Assembly (NCBI RefSeq): GCF_052425735.1
Contig: NC_135760.1
Location: 12,276,001 to 12,340,000 of the forward strand
DNA: 64,000 nucleotides
Origin: Oculina patagonica
Lineage: Eukaryota
Direction of reading: 5' to 3'
Positions within the stretch are counted from its first letter, which is position 1, and every line of letters begins with the position of its first letter. The translations under genes and the position numbers were made by a program. Shown piece by piece: positions 26,701-38,686 of the stretch. The notes under the pieces were generated by a model, which saw only the letters and a list, made by a program, of their open reading frames with translations, searched no databases and was not told the DNA's origin.

Positions 26701-29700
26701 AGTGCTCAAGAATATTTCTGAAAATAAATTCAGAAATGAAAGCTTAATATATTTTTAACTTCAAAATTCAAACTTCAGCTTGTGTTTGTTCACAAGCAAG
26801 TGCTTTCTCCAAAATGTATTGGTCTGTATTTGGCCATCATGTCCAGTGAGGGACGGGTTATAAATTAGGGGGGGGGGGGGGGGGAAAAAGGGGGGGGGGC
26901 CCCGTTTTTTGGAAAGAAAAAAGGGGGGGGGAAACATGGGGTAAGGGGGGATTTTTTTTGTGGGGGGGGAGGGGTCCTAAAAACCTTTTTTAATTAAAAA
27001 AAAAAAAAAAAATTATGTAAATAAATCTTTTTAACGATTAATAACTGGTTTCTTGAAGTGAAGTGTTACTGAAATTATGCAAACTATTTTTGAGGGCCAA
27101 CAGTTTTTTTGCACCTGGAATGGGGAGGGTCTCCCCAAAACTGGTCGGCCAAAACAAAAATTCACCAGCAATCCCCCCTCTAATTTATGACCAGTCCCTG
27201 AGCTGTTTTCAGACACACCTTGGTTCAAGTTCTTCCAGTATATCACAGCATTCCTTCATTGGAACTGCTTCATAACTCCAGTCCTTCTCTTCTAGTAAAG
27301 TTAGAATCCTCACCACAACATGCTCTTTGTAATCTGCGTCAAGTAGCCGCCAGTGTCCTGAAAAGTACGTTACAAGATGGATATTTGAATGTGTTTGATC
27401 AATTCGTATACTGATGTTATTACGAGGCAACCAATTCAACCCACCATCAATTTCTATAGCCTTGACTTTCTTTAAAGCCTCGAGAAGCTCTGCCTCACTT
27501 GCTTGCACTTTGGTAAGTAAGTCTGAAAGAGTGTACTGGAAAATGAAAGAAAAATAAATATAAGTAAATTCGCATAACATTAAATTTGGAATCACTGGTA
27601 ACTACCATTGAGCAAAAAGTTGTCCTGCATGACAGAGATCATTTCCTCTTAGAATGGGATTCCAGGAAGTTTTTCGTAAGGCAAGTTAACAACCCTTGTG
27701 TATAGTCTGGGATCTTCAAGGAATAAGATTCTAATTCAAAAGTCTTGTCAGTCATTGTTTTTTTAAAGTATTGCCTTTACAGAACATGTTTTTATTATTT
27801 TAGCCCCTTTATTTTCTAGGTCAAACATTAATTCTCCTAAAACTGATTTTCGTGGAATTTCTTTTTGTGTTAGTTTTGCGAATATGGTAACCATCTTACC
27901 CTCTAATTAACTAGATTACTTTTCTCATGTCCCATGAACTAGACTCACATGTGTATGTGTGTGCAAGGGATGAAGCCTGCCCTCCTGCAAGCTCAGGTTT
28001 AGGGTGTCATGTGCAAATGGCAAAAGCTGCAAGAGAGAGTGTCAGAGGTGGGAAGAAGTCACTTTCTTCCGACTACTGCCCCATACCAGATTGCTCAATT
28101 TTCCATTGCTCATTTGATTCGAAACCAACATGAGCCTGTGAGTAGGTTACATCAACTAGAAAGTGGATACTTCTAGGGAACTAAACAGAAAATTAAGTTT
28201 ACACACCAGACTCTTTGTACGATTTCCTTCTGCCTGATCATCAGGGTCTGGCTCATTTTCTGGTCCCTTGTACAAGTTTTCATTTAAGAGATACTTGAGC
28301 TTCTCCAGACGTGGCCTGCACTGTTTTACTTCAAAATACATTGTGTGGCAACTAGAAACCTGTCAAACAAAAGTAATTTTTTATACACCCCTTGAGGAAC
28401 CTATTCGTGACAAGATGGCTTAAAACCAAACTCATTGTTTAAGGTAGTGATCCTTACTGACCTCTCTGTGAACCATTGGAGAGACTTCTGATTTGAATTC
28501 TACAATTTGAATTTGAGATTGTTAAAGACTAGGAATTTTAGTATAAGTAGTGAGTTGGGGAGGTGGGGGAAGAGGGCATTCACCTCAGAGGAAAGAGGAG
28601 GGAAATCTGATAGGTGGAAGAAAAGAGGGTGAGAAGCAGAATTTCTAAGGTGGGAGCTGAGTGAAACCCGGGGGGGGGGGTACTCCATATAATGGCCTAT
28701 ACGGGGAGGCTCCGCCCGAAAGGGGTACCTTTTTCAGGCTTCAGGTATATAAAAGGGTAGGAATTTCACAAGTTTAGGTATATGAAAGGGTATGTAAATC
28801 CGTCATTTAGGTTTTAAAAAGGGCCTTGAATTAAAATATTTCGAACAGACGCACTTTATGGCTGTATTATTTTAATTTATAAAGCGCAACATAAAAATGA
28901 CAAGAAAACGTCCTGTTCTAAGTCTATGCCATGTCTTTTAGGTATATGAAAGGGGTACCTTTTTTCAGTAAAAGGTATACGAAAGGGGTACAATTTCTGT
29001 GAAAATGGTATATAAAAGGGTAAGGGGTAAGAGCTTGGGGCGGAGCCTCCCCGTATAAAACTTTTTTGAGTGCCCCCCCCCGGGAGTGAAACTAGAAATT
29101 TAAAAAATGTTTGCAACATTGCCTAATACCTTGCAATAGGAAAAAGTGGTAGCAACTAAGGAAAAACTCTCACTAGAAGGCAGAAAAAGGTGGATTTCCA
29201 CCCTCTGTCAAGATAAAAGCGAACACCTAATTCTGGCTTCAAAACACAAGTCTTTGTTTCTGCTGATTGTCTTGTATAAAGGGGGGAGGTAGAGAATAGG
29301 GAGGAGGGAGAAATGGCCAAAAAAAATAGGGAGGCGGGAGAAATTTTAGCTCAAAAATTAGGGAGGAGGGAGAAATTTTAGCTCAAAAATTAGGGAGGAG
29401 GGAGAAATTTTAGCTCAAAAATTAGGGAGGCGGGAGAAATTTTAGCTCAAAAATTAGGGAGGCGGGAGAAATTTTAGCTCAAAAATTAGGGAGGAGGGAG
29501 AAATTTTAGCTCAAAAAGTAGGGAGGAGGGAGAAATTGGTGCAAAATGTAGGGAGGAGGGAGATGTACCCTCCTGTCCCTCCCCCCTTTGTATAGCCCTG
29601 TTGCCTACTGCAAATTTGGTTGAGATGCAGGATATTTACCTTCATCCTTAGGTAATGCACAGTGAGGTACTAAAAGTAGAGAATTGGAAGTGTCAGCCAC

Positions 29701-30843
29701 CTTCAGGTCAAATGTTGTTTTGTCTGTACACAAGACAGCTTCATCCTGGTGATCTCCTCTTATGGCCACACTGCCCATGATAAGATCAACATACAATAAA
29801 TAAAGTTATGTGAATATAGTTTATCAGTGAAGGGGGGAAGAGAGAGCGGGAACTTGGAATGATTATTGAAAGGACCTTTGAGGGGCATAAGGGAGGGGGG
29901 GGGTACTTGGAAAGATTATTGGGAGGAGCATTTGGACTTTTCTTGGGTTATGTTCTGGGTGGTTGAACGTTATATCTTATAGTGAATGTTATATCTTAAA
30001 GATGGCGGATGCTATTGAGCTGAAAACTTTCAATAAGATATAATTATGTTAAGGATGTCTAATAGGCAGTGAAGGATAAAAAGGTAGGGGTCTCTTTATT
30101 CTGATTTTTAGAATTTTGATGATGTCATGTAAAAACCCGGAGTAGGCATTTTGGGGGAGTACCCCCCCCCCCCCCGAAACACCCTTCTACTTATTGGGGA
30201 CACTTAAGGATAAGCCTACTATCTATTCATCAGATAGCTCACCTGTTTCCAACATCAAGGGTATCCAGTATACTAGATGGCAATTCTAGGAGTTTGTACT
30301 CATCAGAGTTAGGGTTCACAGAGAAATGCAGCACCTGTACAGGACCTGTTCTGTTGCTGAGACCTGCAGCATCAGCTAGTTTATTGACTTCTTCCAGGGT
30401 TCTATGGAAATAATGAGGACAGTTTGCCTACATTGTCAAAACATGACTCTCCTGATCAATATCTAAATTAATTATCAGTTCTTCGACCGTGGAGCAGAAA
30501 GCAGGAAAAAATAAATCCAGGTATAACAATTTTTATCACTCTTTCGAATTTAAAGTTTTTGGAATCTCTTGCTCTAAAATAAGGCTTTTAATTTTAGCTT
30601 ACTGATTACATGTGAACTACTACTAGTAAGCTTATAAAGCGCACTCGAGCTCAAGCTGTCAGAAGTGCTCGAACGAAAATGGATCCGGCTTATAAAATGT
30701 CCCAAACTTCCCTTAAGATGTTCAAAAATGTATTCTTTAAAATCGCATAGTGGTATGGATTCATTTCAGTCTTCAAGATTTGGGCGATTCAATAAAAACA
30801 GAGAAAAAATACGTTTTCCTACCAACCTTGTCGATCCCGCCAT
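23788..30843 (-). CDS. DSCC1: Sister chromatid cohesion protein DCC1; about 13 exons, including a 17-nt first exon (30827-30843) and a 26-nt micro-exon (29130-29155)
   Basis: MAGSTRTLEEV, YKLLEL, IRGDHQDEAVLCTDKTTFDLKVADTSNSLLL, RPRLEKLK, VQASEAEL, IDGHWRLL, WQQSVPEGM, RFMKLFKVQPKWTFDEIQPYIRDL and C-terminal YNSKKPI*; all junction phases are compatible. Confidence 0.93.
26044..26430. mobile_element. TTAA-flanked non-autonomous transposon (Kolobok-like)
   Basis: ttaa|aggggctaggtcacg ... cgtggcatagctcct|ttaa. Confidence 0.7.
26850..27198. mobile_element. Harbinger-like MITE with TNA TSD; internal homopolymer runs
   Basis: tga|gggacgggttataaattagggg ... cccctctaatttatgaccagtccc|tga; related to 58845-59762. 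Confidence 0.6.
28667..29084. mobile_element. MITE with CCCGGGG termini
   Basis: TIR cccgggg..gtactc and subterminal tatacggggaggctccgccc / gggcggagcctccccgtata; flanked by direct repeats AGTGAAA (7 bp, or 9 bp GAGTGAAAC). Confidence 0.85.
29275..29594. repeat. MITE-like element containing a 31-32 bp minisatellite (~7 copies)
   Basis: Unit tagggagg(a/c)gggagaaattttagctcaaaaat; ends tataaagggggg / cccccctttgtata. Confidence 0.8.
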
Positions 30844-30917
30844 CTTGAACCATTTCCCGGGCTTTTTCACCAGTACGAGGCTAGTGCCAGGCTCTTTTCC
30901 TTTCACACACATTCAAC
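30844..30917. promoter_or_regulatory. Ultra-compact bidirectional promoter / 5'UTR region of DSCC1 and ENDOU
   Basis: 74 bp between the divergent ATGs, with start contexts CAAGATGGCG (-) and CAACATGGCT (+). Confidence 0.7.
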
Positions 30918-33900
30918 ATGGCTGGTGGGTGAGTATGTTTCATTCTTCATTCTAATCTTGTCTGTTCTTTTAGTGGAACATTCTTCCTTTTATACGTTAT
31001 CTTACCATTTCAATGATAGTAATCCACAGTTGTAGGTGAAATCTGCAAATCCATGAAGATTGATCTTTATTTCAAAATTCTAGACGTGGCATCGGGTGGA
31101 ACCTCTTATCTTTCCAGGTCTTTCCATGGAATTTTTTTGTCACGCTTTATTTTAATATTGCACCAGGCATAGTTGAGTTAGGTTTAAAACATTGTTCGTC
31201 CTTAAAAGAGTTGAGAGTGAGGTGCAGAATTGCAGAAAAATTAATTCAATGCTTAAAGAATTAAGAACGAGGCATGAAACAAATGTGTTCTATTGTTTAC
31301 TATTTATGAGATATTGAAGCGTTTTTCTGCAAACCCGCACGTTGGGGGAGGGTGGTTAGGTACAAAATGGACTGGAGTCACGTTTTTTTTACCCATTCCC
31401 CATCAGGGATCAAGCGAAAGACCCAAGAGCAGGACAATTCAGAATGACACATAATATTTATATTGGTTATAGCAAAAATGGTATTTTTAAATTGTTTTTA
31501 GCACATACCAGTAGCTGGAGTATAGTAAACAGAATTTATTTTGGTGCTGTGCTTCCAATCGTTTTGTTAGTGGAGATTGGAAATAAATCATGAAAAGTTG
31601 TCTGATTTATTATGCATGGTTCAATTTTACCTGTTACCATCCCCTCCGTGGGCAACCCTTGGGACAAGTCCATCCCTTTGGCCCAGGGATGGGAAATTGT
31701 TTGAAGTGGTTTTGTCCCAGGGGTGGGGGGAGGGGCAAATCTTTTTTCCCCTTATCTTTTGTGAAGTACGTCACTTCTCGGTGGATGCCTATTTCCAGAG
31801 GTTTTCTCTAAAATTTGTTGGCAACTGGTTTAAGACAAGAATAATCTCTCAAAATGAAAATCTGTTTCCCCATTATCAGCAGCAAAATGTATTTTTTGCA
31901 CAGGAGGCCCGATGAACAAATTGATGACAGCATTTTAAAGCAGTTTGCCTTATAAATTGTAATTTTTGAAATAATAAGACGTGGCTGGTTGTATGTCACT
32001 TTCTTTCGTGGAAGTGCACTAAGAGTTTTTTCTTCCTTTATTTTATAACCTTCATATATGTAGTATCCTGTGTTTAATTAGCCTGTTCCAGGCTCTCGGT
32101 TTGAACGTGGTAGAGCGAGCGGGGAAAGAACGAGTGGGAAAGAAGGCCGCTTGCCTTCTTCCCTGCTCATCTTTTCCGCGCTCGCTCCCTTTTTTCGCTC
32201 TTCCCCACAAACCAAGAGCCTGGAACCATCTAGTGTTTAATATAAACTCTTGAAGAAACGTCTGGTTAGCTACTGTACAGAAGTCAATACTGTTATCTCT
32301 TTTTTTGTACACAAAACGACATATTTGTGGTCAGTGAGCATGGGGAGTTCAGGGGATGGAGAATTGTCTCTTGCTGTGTGCCTGGGGGTGGGAATAGGCC
32401 GCTAAGGGAGCAAAAATGACAAATCCCTGGGGGTATGCCTGGGGGACATGGTAACAGGCAGAATAGAACCATGCATTAGGCAAAGTAAAATGGTAAGCCT
32501 CAAGCCAAGTGGCCCATTCTAACAAAATCACCACAAATTCTTTTATTATTTCCTTGTCTTAGATTTCACCCACACCCTGAGCTGTCCCCATTATGTGATC
32601 AAATGTGGGATGCTGATAAAAACCGTCTGAAACCAGGAATCGACTACAAGATTGATCCACAAGGCAAGACCCGCTACCACTCGAGACAGGATCATGCTAG
32701 GGATCCACTCTTTACGTTTGTTGACCCAGAGGTTTTTAAACGCCCCACCTATGCACGTAAGTGCTTATTATTTCATCATTCACTACTGGTTACTTTTATT
32801 TTCATTTCATTTCATTTTTCACCTTCTTTCTTTTCTCAACATTCCTACCTCTATATTTTCTATATTCCAGCTGGAGCAGGGTACAAAAAATGCAATTTTT
32901 TGGTTGCCTTTTGGTAAATTGGCATTTTTTGTTAGTCCTTCTTTATCTGCCAACTAAAAATAAAAATATTGTGACTTGCCCATCGGGGAAGTGATTGATA
33001 AAAGTACTAGCCTGAAAAAAATCAGCTAGCCTCAGGGATGCTGGGATAATAAGGAGGAGGAGGTGGAGGAGGTTTGACCTAATACCCTTACTACTAAGCT
33101 GGATATCTGACATGAATTCCAGCAAAATTTGGCACAAAATTTTGCTGCAAATATTTTGTGGTTTCTCCTGCATATTTCCGGCAGAAATTGTCCAGCTTCT
33201 GATTTGAGGCATGCATGGAAGGATTTATCCTTTTTGTGTCAGTTAGATAACTTTCATCATTACAATCTACCTCTCAGTTACCTCAGGTTTCTAAAAAGTT
33301 TTTCCTTTTTTTTTTGAAGGAAAGTTGCCACAGTGGGTTAGATAGGAACTTTTTGCGCTTGCATTTTGTTTTTGGCCTAACAACTAAACTAGTGTGATTG
33401 TGATTTTTTTAGAACATTTTATCAAAATAAGACTCAAACAGTTACTGGTTTAAAACATTATAATGTACAGTAGAAACCCGCCTTACAGCCACAGACACCT
33501 TTTTGTCCTGGCAAAACACCCATACATTTTCTTATAATAAAACCCAGTTAATGGGGCCACCCTGTTAAAACGGCTAATGGTCACATTCTAAAATCGCAAT
33601 CATTCTGTCTAATCCTTTATTATTTTACCATGTTAATACGGCCACTCAAACCAATTACCCATTTTTCAACCCAGGTATGTTCATTTTTCCATCAAATTGT
33701 ATATCATGTGCTGATTAAATCTTGATTAATTTTTAATTACTGTATATCTGCAGTCTTTGTCGCTCCCCTTAGCGCCGATGGCGTATAGGGCAGTAAGTAA
33801 GATATCTGCAGTTAGGATGTTTATTAAAGAACAATTGTCTAGAAGTGCAATTGTTATGTACATCATTTGAAGTAGACCCTGGGCGTAGACCAGTCATGCA

Positions 33901-35795
33901 ATTTGACCCTACCCTGTTAATATGGCCACCCCATTAATATGCCATTTTTTTTACACATGGCCCGTTGGTGGCCATATTGATGGGTTTCCACTGTATTAAG
34001 GTAAACAACATATGCTACCTGACTCTGGCAGTGAAGAGAGAAAAAGGTTGCATTAAACTTCTCATGTAAAAAGGAAATCTTTTTGTTCAGCAATTCCATT
34101 ATAGAACTTTGTATTTTCAGGATTTGTTGCATTGCTGGACAATTATGAAAGTGAAACTGGAAAACGAGAGGTTGTGACACAAGAAGAAGTGAAGGAAAAC
34201 CAGAATTTCATTGATGCTATTTGGGAAACAGAACCAATGCAAATTGCTCATAAGTATCTGGCTAACAAAGGTCTTATGCCGCATGACCGTGGCCAGTTCA
34301 AGAGGGCACTTTATGATTTATGGTTTAAACTGTACAGAAGAACCCGTGGAGTTAGGTGAGGAGTAAGTTAAAAGCCCTTACTAATCAACACTGACTTTCC
34401 TACTTTAAAACATGTCCCTCCCTCCCCTCTCTTTGATGTGTAGGAATGTAGCCACAAAGATATCCTCACATATCCATTTTCTTGTCAACTTGCTGAATAA
34501 TGCAAATAATTAGGTCCCCATTGTGATCAAGTGTAAATTGTTGAAAAACTATTGCTTTTAGGGAAATGGACTCGTCTGGCTTTGAGCATGTATTTGTTGG
34601 GGAAACACGAAACAGGGCAGAGGTGATTGGCTTTCACAACTGGATTCAGTTCTATTTACAAGAGAAGCGTGGTTTGGTTGACTACAAGGGCTTCTTTCCA
34701 AGTCGAAGGGTGAGCCAGGCAGCTTAATATACAGTAGGATGCCAGGGTATTCAAGTTTCGGGGGAAACGAAAAATGCTTCTAAAGAGAAATCAGGGATAA
34801 AATTACAGAGAAGTACTATCCTAGCGATACGAAAACTGGTTTGAAAAAGCGAGGGTAAAATTATAGAGAAGTACTAAAACTGATTCTAGATATCTAGGGT
34901 TGGAGAAATCTGGATTTTTCAACAAGGGGGTGCAATGATGATTGGGCCTTTCCACTGGAAATTTTATACATTATTTTAAATGATTTGCACCATTTTATCT
35001 GCCTGGTCTAGATGTTTTTTTTTTTTTTTTTTTTTTTTTTTTTGGAAGACGTCACTAAGACTGTTCACAGCCCTTCATTTTTTCATATTGTCAATAGACG
35101 AGTGCGGGTAAAGAACAGCGAGAAAATAGTGGCTGTGAACAGTCTGGACGTCACTCCCTGTGCACTTTGAGGTGGTTGCAAATGATAACACACTTTGTTG
35201 GGGGCACAAATGTTTCTCTTTGTAGGCACAAATGTTTCATTTGTGTCTGACACTCGCCCAAGAAAACATCACAAGCCAATGTGTCCCTGCCTTTAGACTC
35301 AATTTCCAGCTCACTCTGCTGTTTGGGAAAGTGAGCCTGTGCTCTTCCTCCTCTCTTCTCTTGGGGGGGGGGGGGGGGGAATGAAGACCAGACTTTAAAG
35401 AGCAGCAGAAATCGAGCCTATGTGCACCTGTTTCATCCTTGACATCCTTTTTCTGCTGTGCACTGCCTTTCTCCTTATGCTCCCCCTTTCCTAATTTTTC
35501 TTATTCTTGAAAACTTCAATATATCTGTCTATTTCTACAGAAGAGGTATGAAAGCAGTGAAGAAGTGAGCATGAACCAGCTCGTTACAATCCAGTTTAAC
35601 TGGAAGGGTGATGTGAAACCAATCGGCAGCAGCTTCATTGGCACCAGTCCAGAGTTTGAGATGGCATTGTACACGGTCTGTTTCCTGGCCGGCGATGGAG
35701 AAGATGTGCATGTCGAGCTTGATGATTATGATGTCATCATCAAAGCACATCACATGGGGAAGTACCTCGGGAGCTGTTATCCACAGTGTCCATGA
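30918..35795 (+). CDS. ENDOU: Uridylate-specific endoribonuclease (EndoU/XendoU family); exons 30918-30928, 32563-32756, 34121-34355, 34562-34709, 35541-35795
   Basis: WDADKNRL, FVALLDNY, LWFKLYRR, DSSGFEHVFVGE, IGFHNWIQFYLQE and KPIGSSFIGTSPEFEMALYTVCF; the catalytic His-His-Lys residues are present. Confidence 0.93.
33468..33993. mobile_element. Tc1/mariner(pogo)-type MITE with TA TSD
   Basis: ta|cagtagaaaccc ... gggtttccactg|ta. Confidence 0.7.
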
Positions 35796-35802
35796 ATTCA
35801 AA

Positions 35803-36057
35803 AAATTTTTAGGCAATTTTCAATTATTAAAATTGAATTGGAATTAGTGTATTACAATTCTCTAGTACTCTGCACATTGCACAGTACTAGATTTATACTA
35901 CGTACTACATGAAGTTATAATGTTAACTGGGTGGTTTAATTTTTTTAGGCAATTTTCAATTAAAATCGAATTGGAATTAGTGTATTACAATTCTTTAGTA
36001 TTCTGCACATTGCACAATGCTACGCACATGTAGTTATAATATTAACTGGGTGGTTAA
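35803..36057 (+). repeat. Direct duplication (~125-135 bp x2) at the start of the ENDOU 3'UTR
   Basis: tttttaggcaattttcaatta...tgcacattgcaca...aactgggtggtt occurs twice. Confidence 0.85.
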
Positions 36058-36845
36058 ATTTAATCAAATGAATTATTGTGGCATACGCAAACAGGTTCAA
36101 ACTATTTTCTAATGCTTAAGCAGTATTTTGTATTGGTATCTATTTAACATTGTAGCACATGCGCATATCTACTTGTTCAGTGAAATGGATTTGTATCAAC
36201 TGTAGTCCATAACTTATAGCTCTAGTTTATAACTTGCACCATTTTTCAAACGTATCTTGAAGGAAACGATCTGTTTAGTCATTCCAAGGCTCGGTTTTGT
36301 ATATGTGACAAAACTAAGTATGCAAAGATGTATTATTTTCGACCAATGAGAAGCCAAACAAAACCAATCGTGTTTTGGCTTCTGTAACTTTTCCCGTGTT
36401 TTCTACAGATCACGTGTTTTTTTCTTTGGAGTTCTGATTGGTTTTTGCACGTCTTAGAAATATTATATTGTGGTAAGGTTTTCCTGCTTTATTTCATTTC
36501 AAATACTGAAATAAATGCGTTAGCTTCTTATTAAGTGGGTTCTTTTGTTGTCTACATTTCTTTTACGCTTTTCTAAACTTGGTGACGTCACTTCTGATTT
36601 TTGCTCGCATTTGAAAAACATAGTCCACTATATCCTTCCAAAGATTAACTGTTGAGTCCTGACTTTCCGCTTTATTCATCAGGTGCATTTTACGGGCTAC
36701 GCGCAAGGTAGCTTTGAAAGGGCGCTAACGAACCTATTTATCCCAAACCTGAAGGCCTGTTCACAGACTACGAGCTTGGTGAACATATCAAATGAGAAAC
36801 TCATAAGGGGTTGATCAAATATGATCAGATACTCCTTCGCGCAGC

Positions 36846-37262
36846 TGGTCGTGTTCTCATATAATCGCCCCGATCGTTTCTATCGCCTCTGTCACTTCAA
36901 AAAGTTTTCTTGCGATCGAGGCGATAATATGAGAACATTACACAGACGATCGCTAACGTCTGCGGCGATTGGGGCGATCACGTTCGCTTGGATCGCCCGT
37001 GTTCTATCCTTCTAGCTTCTCTCTCTCTTCTTCACCGTAAAAATACAATAACTGAAAAGATAGGAGGCTACGAGTTTTGCTCTTTAATTGAAGGCTGTCA
37101 TTGTGTTGGATCTAGGGCTAAAATGATTGATTTTTCGTAGGTCTTAGCTCATACCAGGCTATCGGGACGATCATATGAGAACCCCCGATCGCTTCGGATC
37201 CTTTGATCGCGATCATCTCAGTATTTTCAAACGATCGGGGCGATCATATGAGAACCAACCTT
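36846..37262. mobile_element. MITE-like element between convergent genes
   Basis: Inverted ends gttctcatataatcgccccgatcgttt / aaacgatcggggcgatcatatgagaac and many CGATCG motifs. Confidence 0.65.
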
Positions 37263-37724
37263 TAGCAAACATCCCTTTTAAAGCAGATTTTACAGAATAA
37301 TTATTACTTTACTCAGGATTTATTGCTATTTCAAAGTGGATAACTCCGTCAAAAACTTCTTTTGCGATTAGGTTATATTTTTCCAGGCTCCAGATACAAT
37401 TTATTCAATACAATCTTTTCACCACACAAAACTTAAAATTTATATGACCTTACATGCAAAAGGAATGATGTGTTGATGTCGTTACAAAACTATAAGAAAT
37501 TCAATTGACTTGAGGTGATTGTTTTATTTACATTCAACAAGGACTTGAAGCTGCTATTTATTTATTCTATATCTTAAAAAAGCTACTGTTCAGATATCTT
37601 AACAAAATGGCATGTGGTAAAAAAGTGGAATAATCACTTATTTAAATAACGTCCGTAATATTTCTATATATGTTTTTTCTATGTAATTACCAGCATTGTG
37701 TGATTTATACTGTGCGAACTACGA

Positions 37725-38411
37725 TTACTGGACATACAGATATGCGGTCTCCATTAATGTTCCATGCACATAATTACATCGATAATGAAGATTTTTAGAT
37801 TTTCCGACAGCCGAGCATCCATACCCGTCCTTACAAGAACTGACTCCTACTCCGAAGGCAAAATCATCGGGAAAACAAGTCGCCTGTTGGTCCCCTATGC
37901 ACCCTATCCTGGCAATGTGAGTCGTTTTAACAGGGGTAGTGTTAGGGTTGTCTTTTTGCGGATTGCAAGTGTTAGCTAAGTTAAGACCGCACCAGCCTTG
38001 ACGAAGAACGGATAAATCACAACTCTTTCCAAAAGCTTTGAGAAGTGTAGCGAAGGTGTACTGCTCGGCCGGGACAACGCCAAACTGCGTTTTAAACAAC
38101 TCTGTGAGAGACATGTTTTTATTGTGCGTGAAAGGCGCGCAGCTTGTTGTAGGACCTGATAAACACACCAAGATCTTGTTACTTGAAACCTTTGACCAAC
38201 CATCGTTTTTCATCGATGTCTTCTGAGTTGTGTCTGGTGAGGTTTCGTCGTTGAACGTTTTTTCATTTGCCCAGTTTTCACTGACGGGTGAAAATTCATC
38301 TTTGCCACCGTTTATCCGGGCAACCAGGGTCCAGCCCCCCAGCGCCGTGGCTGGTTTGTCTGGATTGAGAACGTCGCCTTTAGGCTCCACTCGAATCATT
38401 TCACAATGTGT
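37725..38411 (-). CDS. Alternative terminal exon B of the same gene, encoding a second paralogous head domain
   Basis: Acceptor ttgattgcag|ACACATTGTGAA has the same phase and first 12 nt as exon A. The frame is open for 228 codons, all 11 Cys align with exon A, and AATAAA signals lie downstream. Confidence 0.75.
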   Translation of the reverse strand, partial: THCEMIRVEPKGDVLNPDKPATALGGWTLVARINGGKDEFSPVSENWANEKTFNDETSPDTTQKTSMKNDGWSKVSSNKILVCLSGPTTSCAPFTHNKNMSLTELFKTQFGVVPAEQYTFATLLKAFGKSCDLSVLRQGWCGLNLANTCNPQKDNPNTTPVKTTHIARIGCIGDQQATCFPDDFAFGVGVSSCKDGYGCSAVGKSKNLHYRCNYVHGTLMETAYLYVQ

Positions 38412-38686
38412 CTGCAATCAAACGAACAGCGTTCATTACTCAACCGGTTACCAGTCCCTTAAAAAAGATGAAGACACCTAACTATTGTCGAGGCCGAAAT
38501 CACCCACCATATAGGCTCGAGTAATATTCGTGAATTTTAATTGTGTGAAAATTTCGTTGACTTCGGCATTGCCAAAATGAGATTTCGTGGTGGTGGTGGT
38601 TTTCCATCCCGTCAGCAATAACTGGGCAAACCCAAACGTCGACGAACAATAAGATGCTGGCCAGTTGTTTAGCAGAAATCCACTGT

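Noticed and set aside
26868-27010. G-quadruplex-like poly-G/poly-A stretch
   Set aside because: It lies inside a MITE and looks like low-quality homopolymer-inflated sequence
29605-29640. Apparent premature stop in DSCC1 (..QPNLQ*)
   Set aside because: It lies past the GAAG|gtaaat donor and is therefore intronic
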